Notes: generated by a model not told the origin, from the letters alone. Positions 48,822-58,446 are shown, counted from the first letter of the stretch. The stretch is DNA of 64,000 bases from Spirochaetia bacterium (GCA_963662795.1 OY759746.1:1536001-1600000); one strand, 5' to 3'. A program made the numbers and translations.

Positions 48822-48865
48822 CTACATTATTGTAGCTAAACATATATTTTACTACAATAATGTAG
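48822..48865. promoter_or_regulatory. Paired palindromic boxes CTACA-N4-TGTAG
   Basis: ctacattattgtag (48822) and ctacaataatgtag (48852) are exact reverse complements; a degenerate third box lies near 48925. Confidence 0.65.
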
Positions 48866-48992
48866 TAAAAATATCAGAGGTAAAAAAGAGCCCAAGCCGA
48901 AAGAGTAATATTATTTTAATAATACTACATAAATCAGTAAAAATATATTTCAAAACTGCATTTACAGCAATATCTATTTTTAAATAGCTGGT

Positions 48993-49008
48993 TGGCACTA
49001 TAATTGCA
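48993..49008 (+). promoter_or_regulatory. Sigma-54 promoter without an annotated downstream gene
   Basis: Perfect TGGCAC-tataa-TTGCA. Confidence 0.8.
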
Positions 49009-49018
49009 TAATATTAAT

Positions 49019-49168
49019 GACTTATGCTCTGTATCCTTCAAAAGAGGGTATGCGCAGAAGTTTTTTGATTATCAGGGTTTATACTTTGAAATCAAACCTT
49101 TTTATTGTTCTGAACAGTCTCCTTAAGTTCTCAGGCTCTTTACTTGTCAAGTAAAGAGCCTGCTTTAT
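49019..49168 (+). ncRNA. Candidate sigma-54-dependent small RNA (or small-protein mRNA)
   Basis: Begins at the predicted +1; 5' hairpin 49021-49060; CTCCTT anti-SD near 49119; perfect 15-bp inverted repeat at 49132-49162. Confidence 0.5.
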
Positions 49169-49183
49169 CTCCCCTTATCATTA

Positions 49184-49212
49184 TTGACACTTGAAAGTAT
49201 AATTTATAGAGT
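49184..49212 (+). promoter_or_regulatory. Sigma-70 promoter of gatCAB-aspS (likely leaderless)
   Basis: TTGACA-17 nt-TAGAGT, then 6 nt to the gatC ATG; no SD. Confidence 0.65.
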
Positions 49213-49218
49213 AATTCC

Positions 49219-49497
49219 ATGCAGAAAGAGGAATTATTTGTTACCGCAAGCCTTGCGAGGCTTGAGCTTGATGAGAGGGAAGCTGAGAAGCTTAATGAAG
49301 CTATTACAGGGATGATTGAATATTTTTCACTGATGGATAAAATTGATGTTGACGACCTGCCTCCAACAACGCACGCGGCATCGAAAGTGAACAGAACAAG
49401 AAAGGATCTCCCTTCAGACATCTCTCTTGCGGATAAAATGGTTGAAAATGCTCCCGAGAAAGAGGGCAGATTCATAACAGTACCGAATGTTTTATAA
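49219..49497 (+). CDS. gatC: Asp/Glu-tRNA amidotransferase subunit C
   Basis: ASLARLEL, NAPEKEGRFITVPNVL and operon position. Confidence 0.93.
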   Translation: MQKEELFVTASLARLELDEREAEKLNEAITGMIEYFSLMDKIDVDDLPPTTHAASKVNRTRKDLPSDISLADKMVENAPEKEGRFITVPNVL

Positions 49498-49525
49498 TGT
49501 TCTAAATTAAAAACCGGAAAAATCA

Positions 49526-50941
49526 ATGATGTGGAAAGATGTTTTAAATAACTCTGATAAAAAGAAAAAATATATAAATTATGTAAATGAATGGGAACAG
49601 AAAATTCATTCATTTCTTGAATTTGACACTGAAAGAATCTCTGCGGAGTCTGTTCCCGGGGGCGGCCGGTTTGCCGGGGTCCCCTATGCCGTAAAGGATA
49701 ATATCGCTGTAAAGGATTACCATCTTACATGCGGGTCAAAAATACTTGAGGATTTTATTTCTCCCTATGACGCGGAAGTTATCGGAAAATTAAACTCATC
49801 CGGCGCTGTCCCGGTTGCGAAGTGCAATATGGATGAGTTCGGGATGGGCTCTTCCACCGATAATTCAGCCCTTGCTGTTACCAATAACCCGTGGGATACC
49901 GAACGTGTCTCGGGCGGCTCAAGCGGCGGCCCTGCAGCGGCTGTTGCTGCGGGACTTGTCCCCTTTTCACTCGGTTCCGACACAGGCGGTTCTGTGCGCC
50001 AGCCCGCAGCCTTCTGCGGAGTTTACGGGCTTAAGCCTACCTACGGCGCAGTTTCCCGCTATGGCCTTGTCGCTTACGCCTCTTCTCTTGACGTTATCGG
50101 AGTTCTTTCAAGAGACCTTTCGATGCTGGGCAATGTTTTTGACCTGATCAGAGGCCGGGATGAGAAAGACCAGACTACTGTTAAACTTGACCCTGACCTG
50201 TCTTCCGATTTACAGGCAGATGACGGGAAACCGGTATTCGGCTATCTTGGCGGCGATCTTGGGCTTGATAAGTCTGTAGAGGCAGGATACAAAAACTGCA
50301 TTGATATGCTGATTAAACAGGGATACGGCGTAAAAGAGATTTCAATACCGGCACTTGAATATGTTATTCCGGCCTATTATACAATTGCGACGGCAGAGGC
50401 AAGTGCGAACCTTGCCAGGTTCAACGGCGTAAGATACGGTTACAGAAGCAAGGGGGCGGAAACGCCTCTCGACCTGATGAAAAAAACAAGACATGAGGGC
50501 TTCGGCGACGAGGTAAAACTCAGGATACTTCTGGGCACCTATGTCCTGAGGTCCGGCTTTCAGGACAGGTACTATATAAAAGCCCAGAAGATAAGGACAA
50601 AAATCATAAACGATCTTGCCTCTCTTTTTAAAACCATTGAGCTCCTTATCCTCCCGGCTTTTCCGACTCCGGCTTTCAGGCACGGAACGGCCGAACTTAC
50701 CCAGTATCAGCAGAAAGTGGCAGACAAGTTTACGGCAACTGCAAATCTCGCAGGTATTCCCGCATTAAGTTTTCCGGCCGGGGTATATGACGGGCTTCCT
50801 GTAGGGCTTCAGCTTTTTGCCCCCCACTCAAGGGAAAAGCTTCTGCTTAAAGGGGCTGCGATAATAGGCAGGGAAATCCCTGTTCCCGAGGTTCCCGGCT
50901 ACAGGAGCATTGAAGATATCTGCAGCGGACAGGGGCGGTAA
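49526..50941 (+). CDS. gatA: Asp/Glu-tRNA amidotransferase subunit A
   Basis: AVKDN, GGSSGG, GSDTGGSVRQPA and FGDEVKLRILLG. Confidence 0.96.
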   Translation: MMWKDVLNNSDKKKKYINYVNEWEQKIHSFLEFDTERISAESVPGGGRFAGVPYAVKDNIAVKDYHLTCGSKILEDFISPYDAEVIGKLNSSGAVPVAKCNMDEFGMGSSTDNSALAVTNNPWDTERVSGGSSGGPAAAVAAGLVPFSLGSDTGGSVRQPAAFCGVYGLKPTYGAVSRYGLVAYASSLDVIGVLSRDLSMLGNVFDLIRGRDEKDQTTVKLDPDLSSDLQADDGKPVFGYLGGDLGLDKSVEAGYKNCIDMLIKQGYGVKEISIPALEYVIPAYYTIATAEASANLARFNGVRYGYRSKGAETPLDLMKKTRHEGFGDEVKLRILLGTYVLRSGFQDRYYIKAQKIRTKIINDLASLFKTIELLILPAFPTPAFRHGTAELTQYQQKVADKFTATANLAGIPALSFPAGVYDGLPVGLQLFAPHSREKLLLKGAAIIGREIPVPEVPGYRSIEDICSGQGR

Positions 50942-50943
50942 TT

Positions 50944-52398
50944 ATGGATAAAACAGATAAAAAAGATAAAACAGTATTTGAAACATTTATTGGAATTGAA
51001 ATACATATTCAGCTTATTACTCAGACCAAGATATTCTGCGGCTGCAGAAACTCTTTCGGGGACCCTCCCAACACAAATGTATGCCCGGTCTGCATGGGTT
51101 ATCCCGGTGTTCTTCCTGTCTTAAACGAAGAGGCGGTCCGCAAATCATATCTCATGTGCCTTGCCCTAAACTGCACATTGAGCGAAAAAGCGGTCTTTGA
51201 CAGGAAAAACTATTTTTATCCGGACCTTCCCAAGAACTACCAGATATCGCAGTTTGAACATCCCTTCGGCATAAACGGATATGTTGAAACAGAACTGCCG
51301 GACGGGCAGGTCAAACGTATAAGAATTCACGAAGCTCACCTTGAAGAGGATGCGGGAAAGATGATTCATGAAGGGGCGGTATCGCTTTGCGATTTTAACA
51401 GGACGGGAACGCCGCTGCTCGAGATTGTAACTGAGCCTGATTTCAAGTCAGGGGAAGAGGTTGAGGCCTTCCTTCAGGATTTCAGGAGGATGATAAGATA
51501 TCTGGGCGTCTCTGACGGCAACATGGAAGAAGGCTCGATGAGATGCGATGCAAACATTTCAATCAACTATCCGGGAAAAGGGCTCGGCCAGAAGGTCGAG
51601 ATAAAAAACCTTAACTCTTCCCGCCATGTCAAGCTTGCCATTGGGCATGAAGAGATAAGACAGGCAAAGATGATCCGTTCGGGAGAGAGGATAATCCAGG
51701 AAACCCGGCTCTGGAATGAGGAGAAAAAAAGGACAGAAAGCATGAGGTCAAAGGAAGATGCCAACGACTACAGGTATTTTCCGGAACCTGACCTGCCTCC
51801 TTTTATCCCGTCACCCTCCTTTGTTGATGAAATAAGAGAAAATCTTGTTGAACTTCCACATTTGAGAAGGAAAAGATTTATTACTGAATATAATCTGCCG
51901 TCAGAAACTGCGGAATTTCTTACCGACGAAAAAGGGCGGGCGGATTTTTATGAAAGCGTATGCAGAAAAGGAACTGATCCGCAGACAGCCGCATCCTGGA
52001 TAAAAGGGGATGTCGCAAAAGTCCTTAACAGGGAGAAAATGGATATAACATCAAGCCCTCTTACAGCAGAGCGTCTTGTTTCGCTGCTTGAAATACTTGA
52101 TGAGGGGAAAATTAACGGACAGACAGCCAAGAAAGTACTTGATATGATAATCACTGAAAACAGGGACCCCGTTTCAATAATCAGGGAACACAGCCTCGAA
52201 CAGCTTGATGATTCTGATGAGCTTTCGTCCATAATTGACACTGTCCTTACGCAGAGCAGTGCGGCTCTGGAGCAGATAAAATCAGGCGACATGAAGCCGG
52301 TAGGGTTTCTGATCGGACAGGTGATGAAGCTTTCAGGCGGAAAGGCTGATCCCAAAAAGACAAAAGAAATGATAATGGGAAAAATATCAGCATTGTAA
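50944..52398 (+). CDS. gatB: Asp/Glu-tRNA amidotransferase subunit B
   Basis: GIEIHIQL, RKNYFYPDLPKNYQISQ, HLEEDAGK and DYRYFPEPDL. Confidence 0.97.
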   Translation: MDKTDKKDKTVFETFIGIEIHIQLITQTKIFCGCRNSFGDPPNTNVCPVCMGYPGVLPVLNEEAVRKSYLMCLALNCTLSEKAVFDRKNYFYPDLPKNYQISQFEHPFGINGYVETELPDGQVKRIRIHEAHLEEDAGKMIHEGAVSLCDFNRTGTPLLEIVTEPDFKSGEEVEAFLQDFRRMIRYLGVSDGNMEEGSMRCDANISINYPGKGLGQKVEIKNLNSSRHVKLAIGHEEIRQAKMIRSGERIIQETRLWNEEKKRTESMRSKEDANDYRYFPEPDLPPFIPSPSFVDEIRENLVELPHLRRKRFITEYNLPSETAEFLTDEKGRADFYESVCRKGTDPQTAASWIKGDVAKVLNREKMDITSSPLTAERLVSLLEILDEGKINGQTAKKVLDMIITENRDPVSIIREHSLEQLDDSDELSSIIDTVLTQSSAALEQIKSGDMKPVGFLIGQVMKLSGGKADPKKTKEMIMGKISAL

Positions 52399-52500
52399 TT
52401 TAATCAATACCGGGAATACCATGCATGCACGGCATGCTGAAATATGCGGCATGAAAAAATAGTTTAAAAAAGATATACAGACTAAAACAGGACAGACAGA

Positions 52501-54279
52501 ATGAAAATAAAAAGAAACAGTACTTGCGGAAGCCTTGAAATAAAGGATACGGGTAAAGAAGTTATATTAAGCGGCTGGGTGGAAAACTACCGCGATCATG
52601 GCGGAATTATCTTTATAGATCTATATGACAGATGGGGAATGACCCAGGTTGTCTTTGATCCCGAGGTCTCCGGAAAAGATGCCCATGCGACGGCGGGGAT
52701 TCTTAGAAGCCAGTTTGTTGTATCAGTACGGGGAGAAGTGAGAAAACGCCCTGAAGGTTCTGAAAACACAAAACTCGCAACAGGTTATATCGAAGTTTAC
52801 GCTAAAGAGATCGAGGTATTGAACGAATCAAAAACACCCCCCTTTGATGTGTATCACGCATCAGCTGTTAACGAAGAATCGAGACTTAAATACAGGTATC
52901 TTGATCTTAAAAATACAAAGCTCCAGAAATCAATGATTTTCAGGAGCAGCCTTACAAACACAATAAGAAATTATTTTTATGAAAATGATTTCATAGATGT
53001 TGAAACACCGATTCTCACCAAATCCACTCCCGAAGGGGCGCGTGATTATCTTGTCCCCAGCCGTGTAAATCCGGGGAAATTCTTTGCGCTTCCCCAGAGT
53101 CCGCAGCTTTTCAAGCAGATGCTGATGACAGCGGGTTATGACAAATATATCCAGATCGCAAGGTGCTTCAGGGATGAGGACTTAAGGGCTGACAGGCAGC
53201 CCGAGTTTACCCAGGTTGACCTTGAGATGTCTTTTGTCGACAGGGAAGATGTAATAAAAACAGTGGAAGGGCTGTTTAAGGAAATTTACGCAAGGCATCT
53301 CGGCCGGCAGCTGCAGCTTCCGCTTGAGAGGATAACATACGACGAGGCTATGCTCAAATACGGGTGCGACGCGCCTGACCTCAGGTTCGGCCTTGAGATA
53401 ACTGAACTTTCCGATATTTTTGAGAAGACAGGGTTCGCAGTTTTTAAAGGGGCCCTGGCGCAAAAGGGAAAGATAAGGGGAATAAACCTTAAGGGCTTAA
53501 GCAGTCAGCTCACCAGAAAAGACCTCGATTATATGACCGAGTTTGTAAAACCCCTGCGCGGGAAAGGTGTTGCCTGGATAAGGATGAACGAGGACGGTCC
53601 CCAGTCCCCGATAATTAAATTCTTCACCGATGATGAGGCAAATGCGCTTTATAAAAGGATGAACGCAGAGACAGGCGATGTACTTATATTCCTTGCTGAC
53701 AGGGAAAAAATTGTCTGCAGCTGCCTTTCGGAACTCAGAAAATTTTTCGCGAAAAAATGCTCCCTTTACAGCGAAGGCGACATGAGTTTGATATGGGTTA
53801 TAGATTTCCCGATGTTCGGCCCCGGTGAAAAAGGGAAACCTGAAGTCCTCCATCACCCGTTTACGTCACCTAAACCTGAAGATATCTCCAGACTTGACAG
53901 CGATATTTATGCGGTAAAGACAAATGCCTATGACATAGTTTTAAACGGCCATGAGGTAGGGGGAGGAAGCATCAGGATGCACAGCTCGTCCCTTCAGAGA
54001 AAGATTCTTGAGATAATCGGCATAGGCAATGAGGATGCGGAGAGGCAGTTTGGCTACCTTCTCGAAGCCCTTGATTACGGAACGCCTCCCCACGGCGGGC
54101 TTGCGCTCGGCCTTGACAGGATGGTAATGCTTTTTCTCGGGCTTGATTCGATCAGGGATGTCATAGCTTTTCCCAAGACACAGAAGGCTACCTGTCTGCT
54201 CACAAACGCTCCTTCTTCTGTGGCTGATGAGCAGCTGAAAGAGCTTTCAATTGAAACAGTTCTGCCTGAGAATGAATAG
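52501..54279 (+). CDS. aspS: Aspartyl-tRNA synthetase, probably non-discriminating
   Basis: RDHGG, TPEGARDY, FRDEDLRADRQPEFTQ, HHPFT and GLDR. Confidence 0.97.
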   Translation: MKIKRNSTCGSLEIKDTGKEVILSGWVENYRDHGGIIFIDLYDRWGMTQVVFDPEVSGKDAHATAGILRSQFVVSVRGEVRKRPEGSENTKLATGYIEVYAKEIEVLNESKTPPFDVYHASAVNEESRLKYRYLDLKNTKLQKSMIFRSSLTNTIRNYFYENDFIDVETPILTKSTPEGARDYLVPSRVNPGKFFALPQSPQLFKQMLMTAGYDKYIQIARCFRDEDLRADRQPEFTQVDLEMSFVDREDVIKTVEGLFKEIYARHLGRQLQLPLERITYDEAMLKYGCDAPDLRFGLEITELSDIFEKTGFAVFKGALAQKGKIRGINLKGLSSQLTRKDLDYMTEFVKPLRGKGVAWIRMNEDGPQSPIIKFFTDDEANALYKRMNAETGDVLIFLADREKIVCSCLSELRKFFAKKCSLYSEGDMSLIWVIDFPMFGPGEKGKPEVLHHPFTSPKPEDISRLDSDIYAVKTNAYDIVLNGHEVGGGSIRMHSSSLQRKILEIIGIGNEDAERQFGYLLEALDYGTPPHGGLALGLDRMVMLFLGLDSIRDVIAFPKTQKATCLLTNAPSSVADEQLKELSIETVLPENE

Positions 54280-54297
54280 CCGGAACTGCGCAATCAA

Positions 54298-54329
54298 CTG
54301 CCCCGGGCTGTCCAGGCAGCCGGGAGGCA
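54298..54329 (+). terminator. GC-rich stem-loop after aspS
   Basis: tgccccgggctgtc...ggcagccgggaggca hairpin. Confidence 0.5.
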
Positions 54330-54383
54330 TAATCGGCTGATTTTTTATATTGAATATTCTGTTTTTGACAGTATATTAATAAT

Positions 54384-54845
54384 ATGAAATTAAAACTTGT
54401 TATATTATTATTTTTTCTGGCGCCTCTTCTTTTTTCCCAGGAGATGGGCGGGTGGAAAGTTGACTGCTGCGACGGGTACTTTTACGCGGTCTCGGATAAG
54501 CCAATGACCCAGGGATGGAGCCCGTTTTTAGAGTTCAATGTAAAAAACGGAGAGATAAGCAATCTCAGGTTTGACAAGATTAAAAAAGAAAAATTAGCCT
54601 CTGAAAATAATTTTTATAACTCTCTCATGAAGAAAAAATCCGGAACCAGCCCTGCTGAATATTCAAAAACAATACCCGCCATGTTTCTTCAAAAACATGA
54701 TGCGGATAAAATGGATGTTATTGCAGGGGCAACCCAGTCAACAGAGGAGTTTAAGGTTATGATGAAATACCTGCTGCAGAAAGGGAAGGAAGGGACACCG
54801 GGTAAATTCACCATTGACAGCAGCCTTCTTGAACAGAAAAAATAA
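54384..54845 (+). CDS. Exported FMN-binding (flavinylated) protein, Tpp15-like
   Basis: Signal peptide, DGYF..GW, and DVIAGATQS flavinylation-like motif. Confidence 0.8.
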   Translation: MKLKLVILLFFLAPLLFSQEMGGWKVDCCDGYFYAVSDKPMTQGWSPFLEFNVKNGEISNLRFDKIKKEKLASENNFYNSLMKKKSGTSPAEYSKTIPAMFLQKHDADKMDVIAGATQSTEEFKVMMKYLLQKGKEGTPGKFTIDSSLLEQKK

Positions 54846-54865
54846 GCCTGCAATATGAAAAATCT

Positions 54866-55546
54866 TTACCGGATAATCCTTCCGTCAAGAAGCTTTATCC
54901 GGTTCGGATACCTCTTTATCACCCGCTCATCATGTGTTGTTATTATTACTGAAGTATTACCGGATGATGCAAGAAAATCGATTGCTGATATGACAGCGTC
55001 AGCAGATTCTGAATCGAGATTGGCAGTTGGCTCATCTGCAAGTATCAATTCCGGGTTATGAACAACAGCTCTTGCAACCGAGACTCTTTGTCTCTCCCCC
55101 CCTGAAAGATTTGCAGGGTAGGATAAAAGTTTTTCTGAAAGTCCGAGCTTCCTGAGGATTTCCATAACAAGGCTTCTTCTTTTCTTAAATGAATAACCAT
55201 TTATAACAAGAGGAATTTCAACATTCTCAATCACCGTAAGTTCAGGGACAAGGGCATCATCCTGAAAAATAAAACCAATTTTTTCCCGTCTGAAAGCAGA
55301 TGCCTTTTTCCCGGTCAGATATGTAATGTCATCCCCTGCATACTCAATTCTCCCCCTGTCCGGGCTGTCCAGTTTTCCGAGAAGATTAAGCAATGTCGAT
55401 TTACCGGAGCCGCTCGGGCCGGTTATAACAGTTTTTTCACCTTTTCTGATATCAAGTGATATATCTGTCAGCGCTGCTGTAAACGTTTTTCCTGTTTTAT
55501 ATGTACGGGAGATATTATCAAGTGATAAGAGAAGAAGATTTCTCAT
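54866..55546 (-). CDS. ABC ATP-binding protein, LolD/MacB-type
   Basis: GPSGSGKST, IGFIFQ, LSGGERQRV and ADEPTANLD. Confidence 0.93.
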   Translation of the reverse strand: MRNLLLLSLDNISRTYKTGKTFTAALTDISLDIRKGEKTVITGPSGSGKSTLLNLLGKLDSPDRGRIEYAGDDITYLTGKKASAFRREKIGFIFQDDALVPELTVIENVEIPLVINGYSFKKRRSLVMEILRKLGLSEKLLSYPANLSGGERQRVSVARAVVHNPELILADEPTANLDSESADAVISAIDFLASSGNTSVIITTHDERVIKRYPNRIKLLDGRIIR

Positions 55547-55547
55547 T

Positions 55548-56768
55548 TCATATATCCCTCATTCCTGTTGCAGGATTTCTTTTGACTGCAGTGTAAGCCG
55601 GCCAGAGTGATGAAACAAGTCCTGCCAAAAGTGCCAGTAATTGAGGAAGCATTGTCATTCCTAAAGTTAACCGGGGGAAAATAACAGAACTCATTGTGAA
55701 ATTAGGGTTGCTGGAAGTGTAGCGAGAAATATCAATTCCATATTCTGCCGTTATCAGAACCGAAACTATCCCGAGTATTGTTCCAAGGATTCCTGAAAAG
55801 AAACACATAAAAAAGGCTTCTCCGAAAACAGCGGCGGCAATCCCTGAAGGCTGGACTCCAACCGCTTTTAATACAGCAAAAGATCTGTACCTGTCCATAA
55901 CTGAAATAAGGAGGGTATTCGATATCCCGAAAGCAAGAATTCCAGTAACAAGCGCGATCATTATATACATTGAAAACCTGTTAAGATCCGAAAGCTGCTT
56001 TATCTCTGCTATTCTCTCTTCCCATGTTATAATTTTCTCGCTTGAGACTGTCCTGATTTTTTCCCTTATTTCATCAGCAAGCGGCTGAAGGTGAATCCCT
56101 CTTTTCAGAATTATCATGACCTCATACTGTACCTTACCGGTAAAATAGAATGAGGCATCTTCAATCCTGATAAAACTCATCTTTCTGTCCAGGCTGTCAA
56201 TTCCTGTTTTGAATATACCGCTTATTTCTGCAGTCCTTATACTGTCAGATGAGATGACGCTTATGATTTCGTTTATTCCTGAACCAAGTGATTCTGCTGC
56301 AGCCTCTCCGATCAGTATTTCCCCTTCATTATCAGGAGCTGAACCTGAAATAATGCTGTTTAAGACCCCTTTTAAATGTTTTTCATTATCAGTGTTTATT
56401 CCGGTCAGGATTGTGCCGGCATTTCTCATGCTTCCTGCTGAAATAGTTTCCGCCGCTGATATCCTTGATGAGACGCTCTCTATCCCGGTGTTTTTCTCTT
56501 TGGCGAAAGCTGATATTCTTTCCTCTAATTCGCGGCATCTCTCATGCGCGATAGATGGTGAATCTGATACTCCCTCAAATATTATATGCCCCGGTCTGAA
56601 AGCCAGTGTGTTTTCAATAATTGTATCATTTACTCCGTTCATTATTGAGCCCAGAAGAATAAGTACTGCTATTGCAAGTGTAATCCCTGTAAGTGTAATT
56701 GCAGTTTTTTTCCATCTTCTGATTGAGGATTTTAGTGCAAAAAACAGCCAGAATATAAGGGAACTCAT
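55548..56768 (-). CDS. ABC permease, LolC/E (MacB_PCD + FtsX) type
   Basis: TM1, large periplasmic domain, then 3 TM; NTLLISVMDR..FAVLKAVG and SLWPA. Confidence 0.9.
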   Translation of the reverse strand: MSSLIFWLFFALKSSIRRWKKTAITLTGITLAIAVLILLGSIMNGVNDTIIENTLAFRPGHIIFEGVSDSPSIAHERCRELEERISAFAKEKNTGIESVSSRISAAETISAGSMRNAGTILTGINTDNEKHLKGVLNSIISGSAPDNEGEILIGEAAAESLGSGINEIISVISSDSIRTAEISGIFKTGIDSLDRKMSFIRIEDASFYFTGKVQYEVMIILKRGIHLQPLADEIREKIRTVSSEKIITWEERIAEIKQLSDLNRFSMYIMIALVTGILAFGISNTLLISVMDRYRSFAVLKAVGVQPSGIAAAVFGEAFFMCFFSGILGTILGIVSVLITAEYGIDISRYTSSNPNFTMSSVIFPRLTLGMTMLPQLLALLAGLVSSLWPAYTAVKRNPATGMRDI

Positions 56769-57769
56769 CGGGAGAGGTTCCTGTCCGACATAATCTGTCT
56801 CCTTGCGGCAGCAGCTGCGAGAAGAAATTCCCTGCCTGCAAATTCCGGCGCGATTTGCTTAAAAAGCTGATGTGTTTTTCTGAAATATCTGAATGACTTT
56901 CTGATGCATTCACGTTTTGATTTTTTCAATTGTTTTGAGGTTTCCAGTGCTTGCCTGAATGTTATGGCATCAAGTTTTTCAAGATTATCGATCAGTAATT
57001 TTTCATCTTCAAATCCGGCGGCTGATGATGCAACAGCATTGTTTTTTTTATTATAAAGATCCTCGGCCGTATCCATTACATCATCAAGCAGCTGACAGGC
57101 TATTCCAAAGGAAGCCAGGGCGCTGCATTGAAGAGCAACCGCATGGTCAGACAGCCCTTCCCCTGCCTGGATGAGTTTTACCGGCGCCTCAAAAAGAACT
57201 CCGGTTTTTCTGTAAAGGATATTTTCTATTACATCCCCGGCATCCGTATCTGTCCACCTGACTCCTGTTTCCTCTTCGTGTTCCTCCACCCCGCTCGGCA
57301 TAATTACTGAAAGGGCGGCTTTTGATATTACACCCGCTTTGGCAGATGTAATTATGCCGCTGTTTATATTTTCAATGAGAATATGGGATATGATTTTTTC
57401 TGCGGCTATTATGTGCAGAACTGATTTGAATATCGTCCCACTGCCGGGAAGCGACAGCGGAATAACCTCCTTGTATTCGCTGTCAAAAATATTGTCACAG
57501 CCGGTGACAAGCGTTCTGAGGCAATGGTTAAGGACCGCATAGAATTCAAGCTCCTCATCGGTCAGACCAAGTGTTGCAGAGACAGCAATAAAAAGTGTTG
57601 AAAATATATTATCGGCTAATTTGATCTTATTATTCCCCCTGCCCGGAATAAAGACATTGTTATCAAATATCAGTGAAGTTATTTCATTAAATTTTTCTAT
57701 GCATCTTTTCTGGATTTCAAACGCGTTTTTCCATTTTTGATTGACCAGAATAAACTTTAAATAATCCAT
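56765..57769 (-). CDS. Class 1 isoprenoid synthase/prenyltransferase-fold protein
   Basis: Degenerate first motif CDNIFD, YRKTG.LF, and FGIACQLLDDVMD second Asp-rich motif. Confidence 0.7.
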   Translation of the reverse strand: MDYLKFILVNQKWKNAFEIQKRCIEKFNEITSLIFDNNVFIPGRGNNKIKLADNIFSTLFIAVSATLGLTDEELEFYAVLNHCLRTLVTGCDNIFDSEYKEVIPLSLPGSGTIFKSVLHIIAAEKIISHILIENINSGIITSAKAGVISKAALSVIMPSGVEEHEEETGVRWTDTDAGDVIENILYRKTGVLFEAPVKLIQAGEGLSDHAVALQCSALASFGIACQLLDDVMDTAEDLYNKKNNAVASSAAGFEDEKLLIDNLEKLDAITFRQALETSKQLKKSKRECIRKSFRYFRKTHQLFKQIAPEFAGREFLLAAAAARRQIMSDRNLSR

Positions 57770-58446
57770 TACATCCCCGGTTTGAATGCTTCAGTAATTG
57801 TAATATATCCTGAAAACCTTCCGGTCTTCCTGATATTAATAAAGCCGGTCTCTTTGAGCAGTTTTCCTGTCAGCCCGTCGATGTTCTCCTTTATTTCCGG
57901 CTGCCTTAATAAAATCCACGCTCCATAGGAAAGGAGAATTCCCGCAGGATTATAGGGCTTATCCATATCCGCCAGTATCAGTTTCCCGCCCGGTTTCAGT
58001 GTTCTTAAGATTTCCTTAAAACACCTTTCCTTTAGATTCCTGTTAATATGGTGAAAAAAAAGAGATGTAACGGCTGCATCAAAAGTACAGTCTTCAAAGG
58101 GAATATCCTCTCCAAGTCCCTGTATGAATGAACATCTTCCGGGAATTGATCTTTTTCCTGCAGCTGTCTGAATCATGGGGAGAGACGCGTCAATACCTGT
58201 AATTATTATCCCTGGGTTATTCCCGGCTATAAGATTTGTGAGTGCCCCGGTACCGCATCCGATATCAATTACTCTTCCTTTCCGGGAAGCTTCAAACCCT
58301 GAGGCAATAAATCTGTTAAGCCGTCCCTCCTGCCCAAGTGTCACAAACGGCTGAACAGCATCATATATTTTTGCAGCTTTGATGAGGACTCTTCCCTCTG
58401 TCGGCAATGATAATTTTTTTTTACCATTATTCTGTTTCATATACAT
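57769..58446 (-). CDS. Class I SAM-dependent methyltransferase
   Basis: VIDIGCGTG, GIDAS, FDAAVTSLFFHH and LKPGG. Confidence 0.93.
   Translation of the reverse strand: MYMKQNNGKKKLSLPTEGRVLIKAAKIYDAVQPFVTLGQEGRLNRFIASGFEASRKGRVIDIGCGTGALTNLIAGNNPGIIITGIDASLPMIQTAAGKRSIPGRCSFIQGLGEDIPFEDCTFDAAVTSLFFHHINRNLKERCFKEILRTLKPGGKLILADMDKPYNPAGILLSYGAWILLRQPEIKENIDGLTGKLLKETGFINIRKTGRFSGYITITEAFKPGM

Noticed and set aside
49140-49613. 157-aa antisense ORF over gatC, and the many other shadow ORFs in the track
   Set aside because: Opposite strand or alternate frame of well-supported genes, with no motifs or RBS
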